In this document: positions 7,339-15,241 of the stretch, one piece after another
Layout of the letters: every line of letters begins with the position of its first letter
Numbering within the stretch: the stretch's first letter is position 1
Assembly: GCA_042217555.1 (NCBI GenBank)
Contig: JBDGSL010000019.1
Coordinates: 1-16,187 of the forward strand
DNA length: 16,187 nucleotides
Direction of reading: 5' to 3'
From: Candidatus Nanohalobium sp.
GTDB taxonomy: Archaea; Nanohalarchaeota; Nanosalinia; Nanosalinales; Nanosalinaceae
Position numbers and translations under genes: made by a program
The notes under the pieces: model-generated
The model's database searches: none
What the model saw: only the letters and a program-made list of their open reading frames with translations
What the model was told of the DNA's origin: nothing

Positions 7339-9768
7339 TTATGTGAGTGTTTGGTGGTAGAGGAGTGTGGCTGTGGCTGTGAGGAGTATGATGTATGGTG
7401 TGGTGAGGCCGGGGATGTTGTGGGTTGTGGTTCCTGTACTTGCCTGGTTTCCTCCGTTTTCTGTGATTTTTATCTCTGTGGTGTCGCTGCCGGTTAGGCT
7501 TCTGTCCTGGCTCTGTGCTATGACTTCGAGTTGTTTGAAGTTTTCTATTTTTTTGTTGCCTTTTACTTCGATGTTGAATGTTTTGGATGATTTTGGCGGT
7601 ACTTCTGTTGTTATCTGGTCTTTGCCTGTGCTTCTGAAGGTTGTGAGTGTGTCGAGTGTTTCTGATCCGGTGCTGAGTTCGAGTTCGAATGTTGAGGCCT
7701 GGTTTTCTACGTTTATGACCTTTAGTCCGATGTTTTCTGTTCCTCCGAGCTGTGTGTTGACCTGGTCTCTGTAGAGTTTGATAGGCCAGCTTCCGAACCA
7801 TGTTCCGTCGTAGCAGGCCATGCTTCCTCCGTTTGCCTCTATTTTGTCTCCTTCGTCGTACAGCTGTCGTTTATTTCCTGTTAGGCCGTCTACTTTTGAT
7901 TTTTCCAGTACGCATTTGTCTGGGTCGTTTGCCACTCCTTTGATGCTTGTGTTGGTGTTGCAGAGGCCTGATTGACAGTTCTGGTAGACAAGGTATTCTG
8001 AGCTGTCGTCTCCTCCGCAGAATCCAAGTGTGTCTATACTGTTGTTGTTGGTTCCTGTTGGTACAGGTGATTCAGTGCTTCCCCATGTGGAGGAGTCAGG
8101 TTTTGATGTGTATACTGTTGACATTTCTCCGTTGTTGTGCTGTTGTTGCAGGTATCCGTTCCAGTCGTCGTCGATTCCTCCTGTGACTGCGTTTGGATTG
8201 TTTTGTACGTAACTGCTTGTGATCCAGTCTACTCCCTGTTCTCCGTACAGGTTGTTTTCCCTGCAGGTGTCCTGTACGCCGTCTCCGTCTACATCGCCGT
8301 AGTCCTGGTCGGCCCAGCGGCCGTGAACCAGTGAGTCCTTGTAGATACACAGCTCACCGTCACTCTTTAACCGGCCTTCATCCTCTGTTTTATCGTCCGT
8401 GTCCATGTATGTTCCATCTTTGTAGAAGTTCTGGCCCTGGTCTGTGTAGCAGTAGTCGTTGTCGACGGCGCACCCCCAGTTGCCGTTGTTTATCTCACTG
8501 TTTGGAGCTTCTCCTACTCCCTCTATCAGGTACTCCTTGTTGTCGTCTCCACACACAGGTTGTTCCTGGTCGAAGCCTTCGTCTACGCTTCCATCCGCGA
8601 AGTTTATCGGTGCCCTGACTTCTTTGTCGTTGTTTCTTGTAGTGGTTCCTGTACTGGCATTGATTCCTATGCCCCGGTCGGAACCTGTCAGGTCACATGA
8701 GAAGCTTAACAGGTTCCAGGAAAGATCATCCGGATCCCTCCAGACACCGTCCCCGCCCTGATTCTGGATGTAGGAGTTGCCGAACACTTTCTGTGTTTTA
8801 AGCAGTGTATCATCCGTTGTAGATGTCCTGGAAGAGACTCCTGTACGTGTGTAGCAGGAGCCTGCGGCGTAGGACTCTCCCGTGTTGCTGATGCCGTCAC
8901 TCAGGTGGCTTGAAAGACCCCAGTTGTCCGGACCCGGAGCAGTATCCTTCTCGTTATCTGTCCATGGCGTACCGCTGTAGATACTGTCCCAGTTGTCTTC
9001 TGTCGTTGCACCTGATTCGAACTGATCTGAGTCGTCCTGCATCTTGTTGTGGACACCGTCGTTGTTGTCCTGTTCCGCTCCCTCAGTGAACTCTCCTGCG
9101 TTGAACCAGGCGGAAGAAGAGGTTCCCTGACCGTTGTCGTCACATTTACCTGAGTCACAGTCGTCCTCAGTAGCGTAACCTGTCGGCGCCCGACCTCTAT
9201 CTGTCCCGGGGTTAGAACCCCAGAGAGCGTTTATCTGGGCTCTTTCCAGAGCATTGAACTGGTCGCTGTTAAGATTATCTTTCGTCATGTGGTCTGCATC
9301 CATGTCGTACCACTCACCGCCAGACCTGGACTGATCGTAGTCAAGACATACTTCAGGGTCACCCGGATCACTGCCTGCTTCATCGTTTCCAAGATTCCAT
9401 GTCTCACCTTCACTGAAGACGCGGACCCTGTCCGAACCGGTAGTGTTGTAGACACAGTCATCCGGCCTGTCCACACATGCATAGTGATCGTCCTCTGTCT
9501 CAGACTCAACGCTGTTGCCGATATGCTCCTTGACCAAATACTCGTTGGGGTCGTCTCCACACGCAGACTTCCACTGCTGAAGATCATCCTGGTCATAGTT
9601 ACCGGGGTCATCCGGATCACCATCCATATCCCAGGAAAACTCCTGCACCACTACATCATTACTGCTCTGAGCCGAAACACCGCCCATCAAGACACCGAAA
9701 ACCAGTGCCAAAAACATTACAGAACCGGACAAATCACGTAACGAAAACACAGTCACACCTCTACACAT
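7339..9768 (-). CDS. Large acidic Cys-rich cell-surface protein with three CGDD modules, an Ig-like domain and a PGF-CTERM-like anchor
   Basis: Signal peptide (...GGVSA|Q). CGDDPNEYL, CGDDNKEYL and CGGDDSSEYL at residues 70, 406 and 584. C-terminal IPGL plus hydrophobic helix. Alternative GTG start at 9750 after GAGGTG. Confidence 0.85.
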   Translation of the reverse strand: MCRGVTVFSLRDLSGSVMFLALVFGVLMGGVSAQSSNDVVVQEFSWDMDGDPDDPGNYDQDDLQQWKSACGDDPNEYLVKEHIGNSVESETEDDHYACVDRPDDCVYNTTGSDRVRVFSEGETWNLGNDEAGSDPGDPEVCLDYDQSRSGGEWYDMDADHMTKDNLNSDQFNALERAQINALWGSNPGTDRGRAPTGYATEDDCDSGKCDDNGQGTSSSAWFNAGEFTEGAEQDNNDGVHNKMQDDSDQFESGATTEDNWDSIYSGTPWTDNEKDTAPGPDNWGLSSHLSDGISNTGESYAAGSCYTRTGVSSRTSTTDDTLLKTQKVFGNSYIQNQGGDGVWRDPDDLSWNLLSFSCDLTGSDRGIGINASTGTTTRNNDKEVRAPINFADGSVDEGFDQEQPVCGDDNKEYLIEGVGEAPNSEINNGNWGCAVDNDYCYTDQGQNFYKDGTYMDTDDKTEDEGRLKSDGELCIYKDSLVHGRWADQDYGDVDGDGVQDTCRENNLYGEQGVDWITSSYVQNNPNAVTGGIDDDWNGYLQQQHNNGEMSTVYTSKPDSSTWGSTESPVPTGTNNNSIDTLGFCGGDDSSEYLVYQNCQSGLCNTNTSIKGVANDPDKCVLEKSKVDGLTGNKRQLYDEGDKIEANGGSMACYDGTWFGSWPIKLYRDQVNTQLGGTENIGLKVINVENQASTFELELSTGSETLDTLTTFRSTGKDQITTEVPPKSSKTFNIEVKGNKKIENFKQLEVIAQSQDRSLTGSDTTEIKITENGGNQASTGTTTHNIPGLTTPYIILLTATATLLYHQTLT

Positions 9769-9772
9769 GTCA

Positions 9773-9790
9773 ATTCAAGCATGCTTGAAT
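9773..9790. promoter_or_regulatory. Perfect 18-bp palindrome, candidate operator
   Basis: ATTCAAGCA-TGCTTGAAT lies between the minus-strand TATA (CTTTTTATT, 9788-9796, partly overlapping) and the start of the 809-aa gene. Confidence 0.55.
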
Positions 9791-9914
9791 AAAAAGGTGT
9801 ACCTAACGCCTTTCCGAGGTTCACCGATGATTCATATGTGAAACTAGTGAATATTTCATCTGTCTTTTCGGGAAAAATAGTGAATAATGGAAGAGGAGTA
9901 GATAGTAGCCTTGA

Positions 9915-12900
9915 TCAGCAGTTATTTTCTGGGCCTATACACAAGTTCTCACTTTTAAGCGGTTTTACATACGGAACATCGAGTGTGAAGCCTGGTGCTG
10001 TTTCCTGATTTTCCTCCCCTAATGGAGACCCTGAGGTAGATTCAATGTTGTTACATTCACTTGCAGGACCTATGCATATCCTAGTGTCCTGAAGTGTTTT
10101 CAGAGCTTCTGTATAGAGTGTGCCCTTCATTATATCACCTGACTGGTTTAGATATGCGTCTTGATCAAGCATAGTATCCTTAGTTCCTGTTCTGGAAGCA
10201 CATCCCTCTCCCAGGCAGATGCCTGTTGAAGAGGATGTTGGTGGTTCTTCAGTCCATTCAAACCTATAGGAAAGTGTGTTAGCTTTTGAAGTAGTGAAGT
10301 TTACCACGTTAGTTCCGTCCCGTAAATCTATGTTTGTGACTGTTGAGGACTCACCTCCGCCTAAATTACCAAGCTCAGTTTGTTTTCCATTTATAGTTAC
10401 TGAAGTATCGCCTGTAGCCGGATGTAGTACACTGGCCGTACCGCCTCCAAAGTTTATATTTCCGGATGCTGATCCTGTCATCATTGCACTTGCACTAGCG
10501 GATAGGGTTACTTTGATCTTGTCACCTGTTTCCATCGTTACTTCAGGTGCAAAGCTGCTTCCATCAAAGTAGTTAGAGTTGCCGAATCCTGCACTGTAGG
10601 AGTCCTGATATATAGAGTTACATCCGGAGTCAGTGCATTTTTTGACGTTTATGCTTGCACTACCAGACCCTCTGAATCCTATCACGCTACCTCCATAACT
10701 TCCTCCTATCTTGTATACAGCAGGGGTTTCTGCTTCAAATACTGTCTTGGTCTGCGATTTGCTTTCTGAATCATCATCTCCTCCGTCATCTGCACCAACC
10801 TGGAATGAAGGAGTCATGTCATGAGATTCGTAGGTTGGGGTTACTTCTCCTCCGTTCAGTCCCACGTTGAAACCACACCCTGCACAGTAGTAACCACTCA
10901 GTTCTACCGTTGCTGACTGGCCCTTATCCATGCTTACGTCATTCAGGTAGAACGTACCTGTTTTAGCATCGGCCTCATCATCGTTAACTGTCAGAGTTTT
11001 ACTCTTTTGTTCTCCTCCTGCTTTAAATACTATCTCTGAACTAGCAGTTCCGCCAGGTTCAGCGTTTGCTCCTAAATTGTAATTTACCTCAAAGCTGTAG
11101 GTTCCTGCTTTTGGAGCATCAAAAACCTGGTAATTCTTCGTTTCACCGCCATTAGTATGGTCCTTACCAGCTATTAAGTCGTATGATGGTAGAGAGACAC
11201 TGTTACCTCCTGATGTAACTGTAAGATTTTCTTTAGTTGGTTTCCCTGAGATATCAATTGTAAAATCTTCTCCCGTCCATAGACCGGTCTCTATCTGATG
11301 ACCAGAGGAGCCTGTTGAAATATCCGTTCCATATACGAAGTGCACCGGCTGACTTCCTTTAAGTATAACTTCCTTGATGGAGCCATGTTTCTTTCCACCT
11401 TTTTCCATCATCTTCACTATTGGATCGTATCCGTATCCCCAGTCGTTTGTTGAGATGTCGCAGGTGGTTCCTCCTTTGGTGGCTGATATCTTGACGTTGT
11501 CGGGGTTGACCCATGTTCCGTTTCCGTCTTGTACTGTTGCGAAGGAGTTGGCGTAGACTCTTTCAGCCTTGTCTCCTGTTCCGTAGCATGATCCGTTGAG
11601 GTACGGTGTTCCGTCGTTTGCTATGACGTAGCTCAGGTTCGGAGTTAAAGCCCATTCGTCGTCTTTAGAGTCTACACGGCTGTTTTTAAGAGGTCCGAGG
11701 CTCTGCCCTTCTTTAAGTTCCTGTCCCTGCGTGTTCTGTGCGCCGTGGCCTGTTTCTCCGCCGGCCTGAACCCTGTTAGCCAGTACACCGGCACTGACTA
11801 TCTCGTTGTTCACGTCCAACTCACTGCTGACAGGGTTTTCCTGCTGCCACTGATTGACACAGTTCGTGACTTCCTCTTCCTCGTCTTCAGGTACGTTGTT
11901 CTCTTCGTCATCTTCCCCGTCTTCATCGCCGTCTCCCCCTCCGAATATTTCATCTAGTATTTCATCTATCTCTTCGAGACCTCCGTTTCCAGAGAACATA
12001 TTAGTTGATCTCTGTGTTCCTGACTGCTGTACCTGTTGTGTCTGCTGTTGTTGATCAACCTGTACTTCGCAGGGACCTGTTTCTGTCTGGCTGTCCTGTG
12101 TTAGACTGTCGACAGGGTTTGCGTCGTCGACAGGTACTCCTTCCTTGAACGGGGAGTAGTACACTCCTGTGGTTCCAAGGTCGCTGCAGTTGCCGACACA
12201 GTCGTCTTCACGTGCCAGGCCTTCCTGGATGACCCCGGTACTAGATGCTGCTTCACTGTCAGGATGAGAGCCGTAGGCTGGAGGCGCTATATCTTCGTTG
12301 TCTCTGAGATACTCGTTGACTTCACTGGTATCGGTGTCGTGCCATTCTCCTACGTTATCATCGTCAGCATCAATACATATCTCCTGGTCCAGTGATCTTG
12401 CTCCTTCCTGATTGGCTTCAAACGAGATACCTTCTACAATGTTTCCCTGAGTCACTTCAACAGGTTTTCCTATATCCTTAAGGCTTCCCTCAGGATACAC
12501 ACTGCCATTGTAGACACAGCTATTTTCAACCTGGCCAGCTACATCATCAAGTATCTGTTGGTAGTCGCTGTTAATAGGATAATACCTCCCTCCTGTAGAC
12601 TTTGCAATTTCACCGTATCTTCCTTTGGTTACGCCATTATCCTCTCCTCCTCCATTTGCGTCTGCAATAGAATAGACTGTTATTCCTTTATCCTCGGCGA
12701 TCTCGGCCCATTCAGATGGAGACTTTGAAGTACCTAAATCTTGTGTTACAGGTTCTGAAGCGAGAAGAATTATCATCTTTCTGCTTGACTCTCTCCAGTC
12801 AAAGTCCTGAATCGCGGTTTTCAGAGCAACGTCTTCCTCCTCTACACAGCAATGTGTTTGGGACCAGGCATCTTCCATGGTACTCTTGATTTTGGACAGA

Positions 12901-15071
12901 TCTTCGGTGAACTGGACTTTATGGTTTATAGTTCCTGGTTCCGCGTCTCCCCCCCCGGTCTTTTTTGCATATGAAAACATGCCGGCTTTGGTGCCTCTAG
13001 GAAGTTTATCAATAAACTCCTCAGTATTTGTCTGAAGTTCTTTTATGTATGGATTCATGCTGAGGCTGTCGTCGATAGCGAATACTACGTCTACGGATCT
13101 TGCTCCCATCACTGTTTCGTATAGTGCAGGGTAACGCCTAGCTACTTCTCCGCTGACTGCTGGACCTCCGAATACTCCTCTGTACTGGTTTGGCTGGTCG
13201 CTGTGTGGTCCGTAGGGTCGTGGACTGTCTGTTCCTGGATAGTAGCACTGTACGTCTCCTCCAAGTTGGTTGTATATGTTGCATGCGGATAAGCCTTCTC
13301 CTGTCCCTGCTTTTGCGGCTATGCTGTATTCTATGCCGCTTTCGGGGTTGGTTGGTGAGTCCCAGGTGTCAAATGAGTTGAGGGATACGTTGACTGCTGC
13401 TATGCATTTGGTGTAGCGTCCGGGACAGCTCATGTCTATGTCTTCTGCACTGAGGTGTGGGCCGAAGTCTGTCTTGCTTCCTACCACTCCTTCTCCTTCG
13501 TGGTATGCGATGAGTCCGTCGCCTTCTCCGTTGCTTCCGTCCGGTTCGTAGTTCTGGAAGTCTGTTCTCTCTGAGACAAACTGGTTTCCGTCAACTGTCA
13601 GTTCGAACTTGCTCCATCCGAAGGCCCGGTTGTTACCTAGTTCAAGGCTGTCCCGGGTTTTGTCGACGGAGTAGTATCCTTCCCCACCTGTGCTTTTATG
13701 GAATATTTCTTCACTGTAGTCTCTGTTGAATAGAATGTTTTTTGCGTTTTTGGAGGTTTCTGCGTCGTTCGTGTCGAATACTTTCTCTGAGTTAAGTGAT
13801 ACTCTTTCCATGCTGTATGTTACAGTGTTTGATTCGTAGTCATCGGCGTACTGTATTGTATCGCTCTCTGTGTAGGACATGCTTGTCCCCATGTCACATC
13901 CTGCAGTCGGTGTTTTTTCTTCCACGCATTTGTAGGTGTTTGACTTGGTTCCTCCGACCTGGTAGTTTATCGCGTTCTGGCCTCCACGTACGTTTCTATC
14001 GACTGTTATCTGGAAGTTGTCGTCACGTGGGTTCTTGGAGTATCCTACGCCGTCGCTTGAAACAGTGAACCAGTCTGCGTCCACTGTTTTTGTTTCACTG
14101 TCGCTCTGAAGCTGTTCATCGTAAACTGTACGTGATTCAAGACTTGTGTATGCTGTACCGGTTACCTTACATGTCGAGTTTTCATCCAGTGCTGTACAGT
14201 CGGTGTTGACCTGTCCGTTGCTGTCCCAGTCGGTGACTGAATCGTCATTTGGTGCGTCCCAGTCTGTAACGCTCCATACCTGTTCTGTGCTTGTCTCTAC
14301 ATTCAGTTTTCTCAACACGTTCCTGTTGTCTGAGTCTATGAAGTGGTCCGGTGCACCTTTTGTGTCAGCGTTAAAGGTTTTACCGCCGCTGCCACCGGTT
14401 ATATCTTCAGAGTAGTCTCCTCCGTGGCCGTTTGCACCGTATTCACGTGCGTAGATGTTGTCTCCGTTGGATGGACTGTTTCCTTCCTGTACTTCGTACA
14501 CTTTCAGCTCGTCGGAGACGGTGGAAGTGCTTTCTCCTGTGTCTTCTGCCATGCCTACGTCGGTTGGACAGTCAAGACTGCTTTCCCCGTCGTCTGTTCC
14601 GTCTCCGCAGTCGCCGTCTCTCGGAGGGTCGATGAACTCGGCTTCTCCAACCAGTCCTAGGAAGCCGTTCTGTACGACATCCCATTCAGGTTTTCCGTTC
14701 ACGGTCTGGGTGGCTACTGTTCCTGCTCCCAGGTTTCCGGAGTCGTTTCCAGGGTTCTGTACGTATGCTTCTTCCAGTGCTCCTGAGTCGGCAGTTGTTG
14801 ATCCTGCTCCGTAGTGTACTTTTCCCGGTATGAACTTTGTAGGGCCATTTGGTCCGCCGAGTAGGGCTGTGGCGTCGGTGTCCCAGGCTTCGCCCTCTGA
14901 CTTGTCCATGTTGTATGGCTTGGTGCATCCCGGGTCGTTTTCGTCTACCAGTCCTTCGTTGTCGTTGTCGTTTCCGTCTATGCATGCAGAGGTTGCTGCG
15001 GTGGTGTTAAGTGAGAAAAGTGTTACTGTGAGTAGTAGAAGAGTGAAGATCTTGGTCTTGTTCTGTACCAT
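9915..15071 (-). CDS. Giant secreted acidic multidomain surface protein (vWA domain, CGDD-like module, C1q-like beta-sandwiches, fibre-like C-terminus)
   Basis: 1718 aa with signal peptide. CIDGNDNDNEGLVDENDPGC Asp-rich motif; vWA DVVFAIDDSLS at about residues 659-848; blocks homologous to the 809-aa protein; C-terminal GDIMKGTL and three IC(L/I)G-type Cys motifs. Confidence 0.87.
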   Translation of the reverse strand: MVQNKTKIFTLLLLTVTLFSLNTTAATSACIDGNDNDNEGLVDENDPGCTKPYNMDKSEGEAWDTDATALLGGPNGPTKFIPGKVHYGAGSTTADSGALEEAYVQNPGNDSGNLGAGTVATQTVNGKPEWDVVQNGFLGLVGEAEFIDPPRDGDCGDGTDDGESSLDCPTDVGMAEDTGESTSTVSDELKVYEVQEGNSPSNGDNIYAREYGANGHGGDYSEDITGGSGGKTFNADTKGAPDHFIDSDNRNVLRKLNVETSTEQVWSVTDWDAPNDDSVTDWDSNGQVNTDCTALDENSTCKVTGTAYTSLESRTVYDEQLQSDSETKTVDADWFTVSSDGVGYSKNPRDDNFQITVDRNVRGGQNAINYQVGGTKSNTYKCVEEKTPTAGCDMGTSMSYTESDTIQYADDYESNTVTYSMERVSLNSEKVFDTNDAETSKNAKNILFNRDYSEEIFHKSTGGEGYYSVDKTRDSLELGNNRAFGWSKFELTVDGNQFVSERTDFQNYEPDGSNGEGDGLIAYHEGEGVVGSKTDFGPHLSAEDIDMSCPGRYTKCIAAVNVSLNSFDTWDSPTNPESGIEYSIAAKAGTGEGLSACNIYNQLGGDVQCYYPGTDSPRPYGPHSDQPNQYRGVFGGPAVSGEVARRYPALYETVMGARSVDVVFAIDDSLSMNPYIKELQTNTEEFIDKLPRGTKAGMFSYAKKTGGGDAEPGTINHKVQFTEDLSKIKSTMEDAWSQTHCCVEEEDVALKTAIQDFDWRESSRKMIILLASEPVTQDLGTSKSPSEWAEIAEDKGITVYSIADANGGGEDNGVTKGRYGEIAKSTGGRYYPINSDYQQILDDVAGQVENSCVYNGSVYPEGSLKDIGKPVEVTQGNIVEGISFEANQEGARSLDQEICIDADDDNVGEWHDTDTSEVNEYLRDNEDIAPPAYGSHPDSEAASSTGVIQEGLAREDDCVGNCSDLGTTGVYYSPFKEGVPVDDANPVDSLTQDSQTETGPCEVQVDQQQQTQQVQQSGTQRSTNMFSGNGGLEEIDEILDEIFGGGDGDEDGEDDEENNVPEDEEEEVTNCVNQWQQENPVSSELDVNNEIVSAGVLANRVQAGGETGHGAQNTQGQELKEGQSLGPLKNSRVDSKDDEWALTPNLSYVIANDGTPYLNGSCYGTGDKAERVYANSFATVQDGNGTWVNPDNVKISATKGGTTCDISTNDWGYGYDPIVKMMEKGGKKHGSIKEVILKGSQPVHFVYGTDISTGSSGHQIETGLWTGEDFTIDISGKPTKENLTVTSGGNSVSLPSYDLIAGKDHTNGGETKNYQVFDAPKAGTYSFEVNYNLGANAEPGGTASSEIVFKAGGEQKSKTLTVNDDEADAKTGTFYLNDVSMDKGQSATVELSGYYCAGCGFNVGLNGGEVTPTYESHDMTPSFQVGADDGGDDDSESKSQTKTVFEAETPAVYKIGGSYGGSVIGFRGSGSASINVKKCTDSGCNSIYQDSYSAGFGNSNYFDGSSFAPEVTMETGDKIKVTLSASASAMMTGSASGNINFGGGTASVLHPATGDTSVTINGKQTELGNLGGGESSTVTNIDLRDGTNVVNFTTSKANTLSYRFEWTEEPPTSSSTGICLGEGCASRTGTKDTMLDQDAYLNQSGDIMKGTLYTEALKTLQDTRICIGPASECNNIESTSGSPLGEENQETAPGFTLDVPYVKPLKSENLCIGPENNC

Positions 15072-15095
15072 AAGGTTTCTGTGGTTATACCTGTT

Positions 15096-15104
15096 AATAA
15101 AAAG
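15096..15104 (-). promoter_or_regulatory. TATA box of the 1718-aa gene
   Basis: CTTTTTATT on the minus strand, 25-33 nt upstream of ATG 15071. The same 9-mer precedes the 809-aa gene. Confidence 0.5.
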
Positions 15105-15187
15105 AAGGGTTGTGTGGTGTAGGAGGGAAGGTAAGAGAGAGGGAAAGTGCAGGTTTATCTTCTTTGGGCGGTAAGACTCCGTGCTTT

Positions 15188-15241
15188 TCGAAACTCCTTG
15201 CTAGGAGTTTCTGGAAACACAGGAAATCAAAGATTTCCGAA
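15188..15241. repeat. Two REP-like palindromes inside the loop of the IS left-end hairpin
   Basis: GAAACTCCT-TGCT-AGGAGTTTC (15190-15211) and GGAAATC-AAA-GATTTCC (15222-15238), both perfect stems. Confidence 0.6.

Noticed and set aside
7322..7801. 159-aa Arg/His-rich minus-strand ORF and the + strand ORF 7367-7774
   Set aside because: Alternative frames within the 809-aa gene, explained by the skew.
6848..15071. Prophage tail module or diversity-generating retroelement
   Set aside because: The proteins have signal peptides or anchors. No capsid, terminase, integrase or reverse transcriptase is present, and I noticed no TR/VR near-duplicate.
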